Positions 1 through 11,900 of a stretch of DNA of 20,000 nucleotides are shown piece by piece. Every line of letters begins with the position of its first letter. The stretch's first letter is position 1. The notes under the pieces were generated by a model. It saw only the letters and a list, made by a program, of their open reading frames with translations. It ran no database searches and was not told the origin of the DNA. The position numbers were made by a program, and so were the translations under genes. The stretch is from Spongospora subterranea f. sp. subterranea. Taxonomy: Eukaryota. The DNA is taken from positions 106,368 through 126,367 of the forward strand of contig JAUGWO010000109.1 of NCBI GenBank assembly GCA_049724395.1, written 5' to 3'.

Positions 1-3000
1 TAGTCAACAATGTGATCAATTACTGCACTGATATCTCCCTTGTCCATGTTTTTATCTCGGGCTGTATTCGCTGATTTGGTCCCCATGCTCGGCATAAGAC
101 AACAAAAATATCGTCTTTGGTCGCTCTGTGGGACCTTTCAGAATGACAAAGGTGTTGGTTAGATACGAAGTTGGACCTGCAATGGCGAAGGACACCAAGT
201 TGAATCGGGAAGAGGACATAGTCTGAGTTGGGTCATTGCGGGCGTCTCTTCTTTATGACCGAACTCTGCCTACGCCATCGTCCCCATTCAACTTGGTGCC
301 CTTTGTCGTTGCAGCCCCAATGCCGTATCTACCCAAGACCGGATTGGCTCTAATGGTATCCCGTTGGTCGACTTCATGTCCTGCTGGCAACACGCTCGTC
401 TTGCTTCAATAATTTTGGCAGAAAACACTGATGCGTTATAAGCACTCGATTTCCGAACCTGTGAGCTGACGATCGACATCAACAACGCCGCATTGGATCA
501 CTTCAATCGTAGGGCTCCGGATTTTCACTCGAACGTCTCCGGTGGCCGACTCCTTCAGACCAGCGATCAGCTGATTGACGTTCAACTCCTTGCGGTGCAA
601 GTCGACCACTAACAGAAACACTGCTTTGAGAATGGTTTGTCAAAAGCAATGCAAGCTCAACATGCTGGGGCTTGTGGTCGGCCAGACCGGCGTGAAGCCA
701 GATCCCCACGAAATACTCTGAATTCATCATTGAATTTTCGCAGACATCATCTTGTGCGTCATCAGTCCTTCATCGTCGTCGGTAATGGGGAGCTCTCGAA
801 GCAAACGATTCTGGACTGTCGTTGAAATCGGCCCCAAAATACACCTTGCCGATATCTACCCATGTAATGCATCAATAATCATCACTAAATAACCCTATCG
901 AGTGAATATACCGAGCAAGCAGAATAACAGTGTTGGTTTTATTGGCGCCAGCCTATTTGGCGAGTGATTTAATGTCGCAGGTAGCTCGAACCCAACGACC
1001 AGGTCAAACGTCCCGGATCGATGTCTTGACCCGTTGTCTGAGTTTTCAACAGGATTCAAACGATCACGGTTTCTTTCAAACCGAAACTGCTTGTGGGGTA
1101 CAGCATAATGGGGAGACCTGGGTGAAGCAAGTTCACCAAAGGGTTGAACGGGTTGAGTTAGTTTCGAACTGGTTCTCGACCGGTGGCTCGCCGGATTGTG
1201 CACCAGACCCACTGAAGATCCCAAACCTGCCTTTTAGTTGATTGTGTAATTTGGCAATGCCAACCATGGCCAATCGGCATATTTGCTCTTCTTGAGCGGC
1301 AACAATGAAAGTAGTCAGACTCTTTGAGAGCCAAATTCAGGAAATATGTGAAAAAAATTTGCGGCGAAGAGGGCATGTGATGGCGCTATATGAAGTTGTT
1401 GTTATCGATGCCGACTTCCTCCTGAACCTTTGTTGCTAGGCCACAAACCATGGTAGAAGCTGCTTCTTCCTGTGGCGGAAATTGGCTTTCTTGAAGAACC
1501 TGTGAATATAGCGATGCCTGTCGATCGCGGATGCAGCGTTTTCAACTTGATAAGTTCATCGCGTTTTGGCCATATGACGCAAATACCCTCTACAGCACAA
1601 TACGAGTATCGAATGTGCGTTCCAGTTGTTGGATGTAAACCTGCGACCCCCAGCTGGCATCCCAGCTTGCGACGAAAACATTGGAACAACAACATTGCAA
1701 ACGCAGTACAAGGGGAAAACGATTCTGCAGTCTTAGCGCCACCGAATAGCTGTTGAGCTATGCTATGATCAAAACGCCATTTTATCTTTTCTAGGTATAA
1801 GTCTGCTGAACTAGCGAATCATCCCATTCACCACAATGGCGTGCCTGTCTGCGAACTCGGACAACAGGAAACTGAAGACAGCAGTTGTTCCCATCGCAGT
1901 CGACAGTTTGACATCACGACTAGTATCATCTTATATATGGGATGCGGTCCATCGGATGGTGCTCCCAAATAATCGTGTTCAGGCCTTAATCACCGATCAA
2001 TGTCGAACTCATCAGCACTCCCACCTGCGAATGCGCATCAGATTGTTGATCGCGTCCGGATCATTCCCAATACACAAGACTCTACATTTGTCCACAAAGA
2101 GGACGCCATCAACCTGTTCCTCGTCTGTTCAGTGTATTTTTCGTTTATTTCAGCTGTTTTTCGTATGTTCTCTCACATGAAGCTCAGTTCCCACCTAAGC
2201 GAGAGATTATTCTACAATAAGAAGAGGGCAACATATCGATTGGTCGATGCCGCTGCAACGTCTTGACCGATCTGAAACACTGGAAAAGGACTTTTGTGAA
2301 TAAAAGATGGCGGTTCGCTCCCCTGTGTGATGTCAGAATAATGAGCATTTGAAGACGCGCTGATTCTGTCAATTGCTTTTCACCATTACCCTAAGAACAA
2401 TTCGATATGATATTTGCAGGGGTTAACGTCATGACTCATGAACAGGGCGAAGCTCTTACCGAGTAATCGACAATTTTGAGAGAGCGCCATAGGTCGTTAC
2501 GGTACGGTATTACCCTTGATGGAATCCATCAAATCGACGAACTAAAAGGAGTTCAAGGTTGTTTTACTGCCGTTCTTGATAGAAACAACGCGTGTACAAA
2601 TGCTGACTATTCTGCCTCTCATGACGGAGCGAAGGTGGATATTCTCGAAACATTATTCCCCACGTATTGCTGAATCAACGTTCCAGATCCGTCGGAGTCT
2701 GCAGCCGATCAAACGGAGATTGAGACAACACAGGGACAATAAATGTCCCAATCGTCAACTCGAAAATTGATGAGGGTACTGTATTGTCTGGATAAATGCC
2801 ACAATCCTCTATACCTTGCTATTGGTATCAAACTAAACGCCCTAAACTCGTGATTGTATTACGTTCGTGAGTGGCGGTAATGATTCGGCAAGCAGAAAAT
2901 GTTGTCCGCATTAATCAGCAACAGCAACGAGCCATACTGGACACCGGAGCCCCAACCGGATAATCCGCGCTATTGGCGAACAATGAAGGCGCGCCAACTG

Positions 3001-3419
3001 GCCAACCGACTTGGGCGGTGTTTGGCCCGACAGTGGTAACAAACAAGTGGACCCTGTGGATTTACTGTACACCGGATGGGCGTTTACGTTGACTGAACAC
3101 GGCATTTGAACACGGCCTGGTCGGCGTGTGAGGGTGCGGGACTGCGGGCAATCGGTCGGTGGTGAGGTGTAATGTTGAATTGGGAAACGTTGTTCGGTTC
3201 GGTATTTCGTATCAATTCTTATGATAAATTGGGGTGTCATTTGAAAGGTCGTGTCAGTCAAAATCAAAAATCGACCCGATCGCTGATAATGTGAACTTGT
3301 TCCCTCTTTCTGAATTATTTCATCGAAATCATTGTTTTGCAGATACTGATCGAGAACCGCAGACAGATCGTCAACCATACGGGTTTCGCTCTGATAGCGC
3401 TGGTCATCAGTTTCACATT

Positions 3420-4850
3420 CTTGTTATGGCGAGTTCCTGATTGTCCCAAACCCCAAATTTAAGGACGTGGGCCGGTACATGTCCCTAATCCCGATATTAG
3501 AGGGCGCGTCGTCGCTGCTCATGAGCATCCAACAAATGTTTTCTGAGACTTTATTCGATGACACAGAGCATGTGGATGCAGTGGTCATGGAATCATCGCG
3601 ACTTGGTCGGAGCTGGTAAAACACAATTAGTAAGTCGATCGCCAGCATGCCTGTGATGAACGTTGCCATATTGCAGGAATATTTTCATCACGAACCTGTG
3701 TACAACAATCGGTTGTTTCTTCGTCGGTTCACGATGCGAAAGGGCTGTGTTCAAAGACTTGTACAGAGTGTCGAAGAGTGTCTTCCCATCGTTATCCGCT
3801 GAAATCGGGCCAGCACTTTTGTCGGACAAAATCGATTCTGGGACTGATCCAAAAGCACATTATTATTGACGGTCCAGAGCCAGACAGTAAACCTTGCCAA
3901 CCAATGCAAACAAAAGGCTACAAAGAGAGCAGTTTCGCCTTTATGGTTCCTCAGATTACTTATTCTGCACGTGCCAACGTTGTCTGTGAGATGAAATCAG
4001 CGACTTGAATGTGCCAGGTCCTCATTTTGAGCAGATACCAAACATCCAGATTATTGACCGCTTGGCGCCGCGCTCCAGCTATAATCAACAATGATATGTT
4101 CATTTGCTGTGAGATTCCAATCGGCCATATTGAGATGAGGAAGTTCAGCATTATACGGGTCAGAGATTGCTGCACGATGTCCCTGCTGTAATCCCATATT
4201 TATCAGCAATAGTACGATTGGCGCCTCGATCCAGCAGAATAGAATGACCACCACGTTCCTAACAAATCCGTCTCATTGACGGGCTGATCAACTTCCATAA
4301 CAGATCACGATCAGCCGATGAAGACTAACAGCAACAAGGAGAAGTGTCGACCCATCGCTGTATTGGTGGTCGATATCAAACGTTTTGTAGTGCGGTGATG
4401 AACATTCCCTCTGTCCTGTTGGCAAATGTTTGGTGAAATTGGATCAACTTTACTGGCGATTCTCTGAAATGGGGTTCCCCCATAATTATCCAATATGGTT
4501 GGGATCGGCACCACCATTGTCGAACAGCGTTCTGGCCCAGGTTCACATTGTTAATACAAAAACACTCACTATCGAAGGAGGCGATTAGGCCCAGACAGTA
4601 AATTTGACCAAACCATGGCCAATGTCTGTCTTAAACAGAGCAGTCCGCCCCATCATTGGTACCTCAGATTGATTATTCCATTGCACGTCCCTGTCAATAC
4701 TTCAATGACATCTCCGTTCTATGACATCAAAATACGCGAGTTGAATTTGTTGGAGCCAGATCTGAACAATAAATAGACCAAGATGAGTCCTCATCCTAAT
4801 CAGGAGCAATGTTTTTGGCCTCAAGCGACTCATATGAATGATGATCGGGT
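3420..4850 (-). pseudogene. Decayed ankyrin-repeat protein gene (boundaries approximate)
   Basis: Several ankyrin-type motifs on the minus strand in different frames: NDG/RTAL with a frameshift (~4636-4657), DNYGGTPF (~4468-4491), DGSTLL (~4339-4356), NHKGETALFVA (~3916-3948) and DNDGKTLF (~3773-3796). Many stops and frameshifts lie between them. Confidence 0.6.
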
Positions 4851-4959
4851 GACGTCAGTGAAATTGTTAATCAGATATCAATTGAGATGCAGAGCTGTGT
4901 GTCGCCAAAAACAATCAGGTAGAAATGGGGTCGGCCCCTCTATCCAACAGAATCTGGCC

Positions 4960-5357
4960 GATAACAAAACTGGGGATAAACTCAAAGACGAATTAAATTC
5001 TCTCACAATACATGGAGAGATGTTTCAGAACTCCCAAGAGGCTCTAAACCAATAGGATGTCGGTGGATTTTCAAAATCAAAGAAGTATGCACTGCTGACG
5101 TTCCACTCGATTCCTCCTGGATACTGAAGCATCACTCCAATGGAACATCATCATGGTTCAAAGCTCGTCTTGTTATTCAAGGTTTTCGCCAGAAACAGGG
5201 GTTAAACTATTCCAATACGTATGCACCTGTAATGTGAACTGACATATTACGACTAATGCTGGCACTTTCTACATTCAAGACAAGGATATTATTGCCGAAC
5301 ATATGGATGTTGTCACACCCTTTTTGAATGACCCAATATCTGAAGATATATACATGA
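4960..5357 (+). pseudogene. Ty1/copia reverse transcriptase (RVT_2) fragment
   Basis: Manual translation across frameshifts gives ELNSL...KPIGCRWIFKIK...FKARLVIQGFRQKQGLNYSNTYAPV...HMDVVTPFLNDPISEDIYM, the canonical copia RT motifs. Contains an in-frame stop and is truncated near 5357. Confidence 0.9.
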
Positions 5358-6870
5358 ACTCAGAATAATAGGAAACTGCGGTGAATCAATGATGTTCAAA
5401 ATGATGAGCTCTTTGTGCCCATTGATGGTCATAGTGACAGGGGTTGTCTCATTTATGATAGGGGGAAGGGGTCGTCCATCAACGACTGGGCATTGAGGGG
5501 CTGTAACTTGTGAACGAGAGGAATGCCGAGTCTTAGCATTGTGGATCGATCGGCAAAGACAGAGGTAGCGCAACTGTCGATGAAAGCTGAAGTCGAAATT
5601 GGATTGTTATTTGCAATGTAAATTGTCGGGTCAAAGACGATGAAGTCTTCGTCAGAAGCAGGAACACTGCGGGCCATTATGGAAAAGAGTTGAAAGATTA
5701 TCGGAGACGGGATTTTGTTTAAGTTCCAATGGTTTATTGTCCATCACAATGGGTTTGGGGACCGTCGATTTCGCCCGCGCCCTGCGCCATTTCCTGTTCG
5801 GACCTCGGGCGTGTGTTTCTGATCGAATAATGGTTGCTTGAGGATCGGGTTGCAATTCGATTGTCAACCTTGTTGGTTTGTTGGATAATTTCTTTGAGGC
5901 TTGTTGCCGCTCGGAAATGTTAATAGAATGTCCTTCATTTGGTCGTTGAAACCTTATAATAGGTGAAGAGAGAAGGCGGCGGTGACATCCCATTTCGCAT
6001 CTGCTAGGAATAGTTGGAACTGGGAAGCGTAGGCAGCGACCGAACGATTGCCTTGACGCGAAGCAGCTTTCTGGGACCTTAATGGACCATGAAACCGTAG
6101 TTTGAGACTCTCCAGGAATGAATCAAAATTTTGCAAACAGGGGTCCCCTGATTAAAAAAAAAAGCGACCACCAGTCCAATGCAGACCCAATAAGCAAATT
6201 GCTTAACAGGCCCACACGAGACTCTTCGGTGAAGTATGTCACCGATTTTTGCTGAATAATCAGTTTTACCTGGTTGGTGAAGTTTCCGAGACTGTGTGGA
6301 GATCCGTCAAAAGGTTCCGGCAATTTAACCTTCGGTTCCTCAATGATGGAGTTGGGGAGATTGTGTGGAAATCCGTCAAAAGATTTGCTGTCGGGAAGTT
6401 TGTCGAGAATTTCTGACACGAACTTGTCGAATGTTCGTGTCAGGTCGTTTAATGCTTGATTGAAATTTGCAATTTCTAGAGAAAGGGTATCAACATGTTG
6501 CGCAACATCAGAGATCGACTGCGGTTTAGTTTGCGGAGCGTCGTCGGCAACCATGCTTTACAAATCAGGGACGTGAGGCGACTATTGTGGCATACAACGT
6601 AATGATTAAGCAGGCTTAGAAGCGTGCTGGGCCATAGCCAGTAAAGACTGAGAACGAAGTAAGAGGGTTTATTTTAGATGCACGAGCGGAGTTCAATGAC
6701 TTCAATCCGTAACGGAGGCCGTGAAGTAGGTATAGGTGATATAGTATGAACCATGCTTTAACTGTCAGGCCAAAGGGCATTACTTGGTATTCGAATAAGC
6801 CATGCGGTGTGCGAAACGCGGTTTTCCATTCGTCGCCCTTCCGAATCCGGACTTGGCTGTATGCCCCACA
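5358..6870 (-). mobile_element. Truncated Ty3/gypsy element A (5' LTR, gag, protease), degenerate
   Basis: Gag starts at 6554 (EPKVKLPEPFDGS...FTNQVKLII...LLSNLLIGSALDWW; QGNRSVAAYASQFQ) and is homologous to the gag at 18751. Protease AFIDSCATSVF...SPQFPIIL lies at ~5360-5600. Multiple frameshifts; abuts the copia fragment. Confidence 0.88.
6586..6870 (-). repeat. 5' LTR of gypsy element A (285 bp)
   Basis: TG...CA with imperfect inverted termini TGTGGCATACA / TGTATGCCCCACA. AATAAA on the minus strand (~6668-6673). Lies 31 nt upstream of the gag ATG. No second LTR in the window. Confidence 0.7.
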
Positions 6871-6876
6871 AATATC

Positions 6877-6956
6877 AAGCTTGGTTCCTGTCTGTTCCTG
6901 TTGGTGGCAGGAATGTCCGGGTGAGTGTTAGGCATGAGTTCGAAACCCCGTGGAGT
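6877..6956 (+). mobile_element. SINE family A, 5' part of a copy split by the Harbinger element
   Basis: Matches the first ~80 nt of the full copies at 8439 and 16788 (AAGCTTGGTTCCTGTC...GAGTTCGAAACCCCGTG). The sequence resumes at 15564. Confidence 0.9.
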
Positions 6957-7091
6957 AGAGGTTGTCAAAGTTAAAAATCCGTAGCGAAAGATGCGCATCT
7001 TTGGTCCTGAATCTAACCCGAAAGATTCGAATCTTTCTACGGACATATTTGAAACGGACTTAAGGTGCTCATTGCCAGGTGACTCAGGTGA

Positions 7092-8083
7092 ATGCCTCGA
7101 TTATCTGAGCGAGGCCAGTTGCTCGGCGATATTGAACGCCTGGATCGATACAAGGCTGTTGACCTGAGCAGCGCGCAGCTCCTTCGACCGACACTGGCAA
7201 GCCAGCTGAAACAACAAATTGATGCACTTATGTCGCTTTAGTTTGGGATACTTTGTTATCGAAACTTAAACCCTCGACGTTTGATCTTGAAAGGTAACTA
7301 TCTTGCCGTTTCTGGACGATCAAGAATTTGTTTAAGACCTACGATGCTCCAGGGAGACATTCCAGGCATTTGTTGATATCATCAAAGGTCACTGCATCCT
7401 ACCCGTATTTTGGTTTTGATGTTCACACTGTTCGCTCCAGATGACCTTGTATTTCATAATCAATCGCGCAACGAACAGGCACCTATTTGGATCCAGCTCG
7501 CCGTTGCCCTGGATTCTTCTGGCACCGATGGCAGTGCTGCTAGCCAACAACGCAAACGTCGAATAGGAGTTGCATATGGCACCGCACATTTGTTCACATC
7601 CCCTGTAACCCATGCGTTGGTAAACCAGGCAAAACACTATGTAGTTCTCCAAGAATCGATCTGATCCATATCACTTCCCGCATTGTCTCTGAAAGGGCTG
7701 GCCAGATGCTGCTGAACGTCGTCGCATCAGTCTCCGTAATGGCCGTCATTTTGGATTTAAAAATTGTGTCGGCAATGCTGACGGTACAGATATTGTGTTT
7801 TCGGAAAAACCTCCATTCCATGGAGAAGTTTGGTGGTCGTACAAAAACCGACACGGCATGAAGGCCATTCTTGTTTGCGATGATCGAAGACTCATTCGGT
7901 TCGCTCATATCGGAAATCCATCGTCCGTGTATGACAGCACATCGTGGGAGGCAAGCGATATGTGACGAAATCCTCACCTATATTTTTCCAAAGGCCAATA
8001 CAACATCACTGATTCCGGCTTCACATTGAATCGACGCCGGGGAGTGTTGATCCCGTACACAGCGCCATTGTGCAACGTATCAC
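7092..8083 (+). pseudogene. Harbinger/HARBI1-like DDE transposase, 5' part (stops, frameshifts, probable intron 7388-7440)
   Basis: MPRLSER...CSRETF...VFHNQSRNEQAPIWIQLAVAL...GFKNCVGNADGTDIVF...KNRHGMKAILVCD...GNPSSVYDS...GQYNITDSGF, which are DDE_Tnp_4 motifs. Cut by the LTR at 8084. Confidence 0.9.
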
Positions 8084-8270
8084 TGTAACATACATCGGTA
8101 TACACTGGTCAGGTGGATTACTATAGATGCTATTTACACACAATAGATGTTCCTATTCCGAGCCAATCCGTAAAGTCCGTCAGGAACTTCGTTGCCAGCT
8201 ATATCCAATACAATAGGGTAGCCTGTCGTAGGCTATAACATAGGGTCAATAGGTTGACACATATGTTACA
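8084..8270 (-). repeat. 3' LTR of gypsy B (187 bp)
   Basis: Inverted termini TGTAACATA...TATGTTACA and a direct repeat of 13924-14118. Adjacent CTTCCTTTTTTC (8271-8282) is a polypurine tract on the minus strand. Confidence 0.93.
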
Positions 8271-8438
8271 CTTCCTTTTTTCAAAGAAATGCCCCACCCA
8301 TGAAAATTTTAGATAAAAATCCGAAATTTCCTGAAGCCAGGTTGCGTCTATAATTATTATGCAAAAAAATAGGAACCTTTTACAAGTAGGTTATACTTTC
8401 CCTAATCAATATCGTTTCTGATATCAATCTAGCCCTCT

Positions 8439-8861
8439 AAGCTTGGTTCCTGTCTGTCCCTGTTGGTGGCAGGCATGTCCGAATGAGTGTTATGCATGAG
8501 TTCGAAACCCCGTGAGTGATGGAATTTTGGGAGACCCCCCAAGGTTGCATCCAATACGGAAAAGTAGAGTGAATGTTGAGCACGAAGGTCTGACCACGTG
8601 GCCTCTAATGAATGTGGGAGAGCGAGCTGCTTGCAGTAAACTCGGACACCCCTTGGATAGGCAATGTAATCAGGTGGGGGCAGGTCCCATTCGGTGTGGT
8701 CGTTAGGACAGATTATGTTGCTGAATCCAGCTGGTCTAATAGGTTCCTTCATTGGATACCCAAGCTACTTGTAGCGGCCAGGCGGAAGTAGGGAAAGCCT
8801 GGTAGTACACAGGCTTACTCAACCCATAAGAACCCGCGATCCTTTGTATACCATACCATAC
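8439..8861 (+). mobile_element. SINE family A, full-length copy with (CCATA)n tail
   Basis: About 423 bp and non-coding. B-box-like GAGTTCGAAACC, CCATA repeat tail, and TSD CAATCTAG[C/T]CCTC at 8425-8437 and 8862-8874. Highly similar copies at 6877/15564 and 16788. Confidence 0.9.
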
Positions 8862-8992
8862 CAATCTAGTCCTCACTGACTATCTTGTTAGAGACCATGA
8901 ATGAATCCTCATCCAAGGTACTGTGAGACTTTCACTCACTAAACCAAAAAAATCATAATAATATCGCAACACTGCTGAAATCATATCGTAGG

Positions 8993-11900
8993 CTAACTGT
9001 GGGCTCTCAGTTTCCGACGCCTGGGATATGACTTTGCCTTACACTTCAACTCTGGTGAAGCAACCACATCAATTGATTTGTCCATCAATTTCTCTAACAA
9101 AACCTCAATCTGATATCTCAGTGAATGAGTTTTGTTTGCAATCAAGAATTCTTGGACCAATGTCCTTGCATCCTGAGCAACTTGCTCTAATGGCTCCCAG
9201 GAATTTTCGGTCTCTGAAAATCCCAACCATTTTACTAATGCTACGAGCGATTGAGATTTCGAATCCACTTTCACGTTTCACAATAAACTCTGCTTCATAT
9301 GTAGCATTGTCAAATGCAAACTGATTCTTAATCTCCTCAGTAACATTCATCTTCGAAACGTCATAAAATCGGATTCTATCTCCATGAACCTTCCGCATTG
9401 ACTTATCAACTAAGTTCATGACATTAAATACATATCCATTGTTATTCTCAACAATCTGATATGGCCCTCTCCATCTCTGAAAGAGCTTCTGTCCAGACTT
9501 CTCAACATCAGGGCTACATAAGACGAAATCTCCGACACCAAAATTTGATCTTTGCCGCGGTTTCCTTGTCTTTGGCAACTTACGATTCTGGGTCCGTTCA
9601 GAACTCGTAATAGCCGCAACTTCTTTGTGCAGCTGTTCCATAGCACTCTCTAATGTCTCAGTTCTACTGACAATTTGTTCTGTTGTCATCTGACATTTAC
9701 CCAGGTTCTCTCCAGGCTTTTTGAAGATAAGTTCCAGCGGATTATCACTCTTTAATCCCGTATGAACCGTTACTGTTGCTTTCCACCCCAGTCTCTTCTT
9801 TGGTCGATGGTTGATAGCATGTTCTATTGCTTTCAACAGCCATGGCCAATCCTATTTATTCCACCTCAACTCTGAAATCAGAGCTTGAAATAAAGACTTC
9901 AGTGCCTTATTCACAACCTCAACTGTCCCGTTAGGATAGTAAATATACGCTGTGGTCCAATGTACACCCGCTTTCTTGGCAAAGCTCCTCATTACTTCTG
10001 ATAGAAAGTAAGAAGCTTGATCTGAAACATACACCTCTGATGTTCTAAACTTTGATCGCCATTCCATCAACGCATCAACAGTCGTCTCCGTATCAGGAGT
10101 CACTGCTGGTGTCAGGTGAACCAAACCTGACAAGTCATCTCACAATAACTAGAACCCATTCAAACTCATGATATGGTCCTTTCACTCTAGGCATTATATA
10201 GCTTGGTTCTGGTCTGTCCCGGTTGGTGGCAGGTTAGGACCAGGTCAGTGTGAGACTTGAGTTCGAAAACCCCGTGGGCAGGGATTTTGGGGAACACCCT
10301 AAGGTTGGCCAGCTAATACGGAAGTAGAGCGAAGGTTGAGCATGGCAGGAACGAACCTCTGGAAAAATAGACAGCTGATTTGTAATGATGCGACTTGGGT
10401 TCAAGGCATTGTGGTGTTCCGTAAGGGAATTTTCCCCCGTGTCCTAATGCTCAGGTCATGGGATCAACCTCACACTACTACAAGGTCTGCAGAACATTCA
10501 GCGAAGGATTGCAAGTGCGAGCTTGCTACCTTTAGAGGCGAGAGCCGAAAAAGTGAATCTTGGCCCGATAGCCAAGGGACCGGCAAACCTGCATGAAAAA
10601 TGCGAACTCAATCACAAAAAAAAAAAAAAAAAAAATCTAGGCATTATATACATGAAATCAAAGTGCAATACAATGTTCACCAAAAGGTCATACCCTCCTC
10701 TGGTAGGAGATGTGACATCATCGATCATCGATTTCCAATGAAATTGTTTTTGTAGTAGTTTGAGTACTACATTAATTCCATAATGTCCACAATTTGCCCC
10801 AACATGGGCAATAACACACAATCTAGTCTTTAGATTGTCACATTCATCTGGGATAACCACTTTGTCTGAGTGATTTAGCAACAACCCATCTGAATTCAAG
10901 ATTAAGGAATCCCTGTCTCGACCCTCAATCCAATTACTCTGCTCTTGAGTAATCTCATCAACAGTTGGCCACACCAACTTACTCATAGGTTGAGTCCGAA
11001 ATTGATCCTTGAAGTTTTGAGGTCCAAGTGATGCATCAGTTAGGTCTATCCTAGCATCATGATCGATATCATTCTCAACATGCTCAGATTCCTCAGTTAT
11101 CGATCCGTTACTCCTTTGAGTACCACGATTAACTGTAATCCTATTGCATCTCTCAGAACCGCATCCAGATCCCTTTAGGCCATTATCAATGTCTGATTTT
11201 GATAATGCAGCCCCCCATCGAGTCATCATATCAGCCCAGACATTCATGTCTCCTGGTATATGTTCGATGTTGAATTTAAATGATCTGAGATCCATACCCC
11301 ATCTTTCCAAGCGTTCCCCAGCTTGCTTCGTGCACTTTTCAGGATTATACATGGAAGTCAAATTCCTATGATCCGTAAAAAGCAGAAAGGGTTTAGAAGA
11401 TTGAACTAAATAGTCCAATTTCCTAACTGTGTCCCAGATAGCGAATGCTTCCTTATCTGGCGTAGACCAGTTCAATTCTGATCCATGGAATCTGTGTCCG
11501 CAGAATCCCAACGGTTCATGTCTCTGATCATGGAACGGCAGTTTCCCAACATCCTCATGTGGAATCTGTGTCACCATACCAGAACTATGATATTGACTCG
11601 CATCAGTGAACACACATTGAACCATATCCTCGTCAGGATAGTTCAGCTGAGTTCGTCTACTGATCGCAGCCTTCATACTGCTGAATGCTTCATCATGAAC
11701 TGCATTCCAACCAAACGCGTCAATGAAATTCCCTTGGCCACCGATTTGGTCCTTTTCGGCTGACCTTTCATTGCGTTTTCATAGATATTCTGCAATGGCA
11801 GAACTAATCTATTATAATCTGGAATGGCTCTACTCATCTATTGAATAGCCATTACAAACTGTTGCAAGTCTCGCGCTGTCGTTGGCTTCGGCATATTTAC

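Noticed and set aside
1..3400. Short ORFs, including the 155-aa ORF at 2911-3378
   Set aside because: No recognisable domain or consistent gene structure; possibly decayed coding DNA, but I cannot assign it.
8521..8531. Sm-site (AATTTTGG) suggesting an snRNA origin of the SINE head
   Set aside because: It lies in a predicted paired stem, and no U1, U2, U4 or U5 hallmark sequences are present.
8587..8605. HDV-like ribozyme core in the SINE body (GTCTGACCACGTGGC)
   Set aside because: Loop length and sequence do not fit L3, and I could not build P1/P2.
8429..8752. Recurrent minus-strand ORF MKEPIRPAGFSN... (also at 15546 and 16631)
   Set aside because: It is the antisense of SINE A; the frame is broken differently in each copy.
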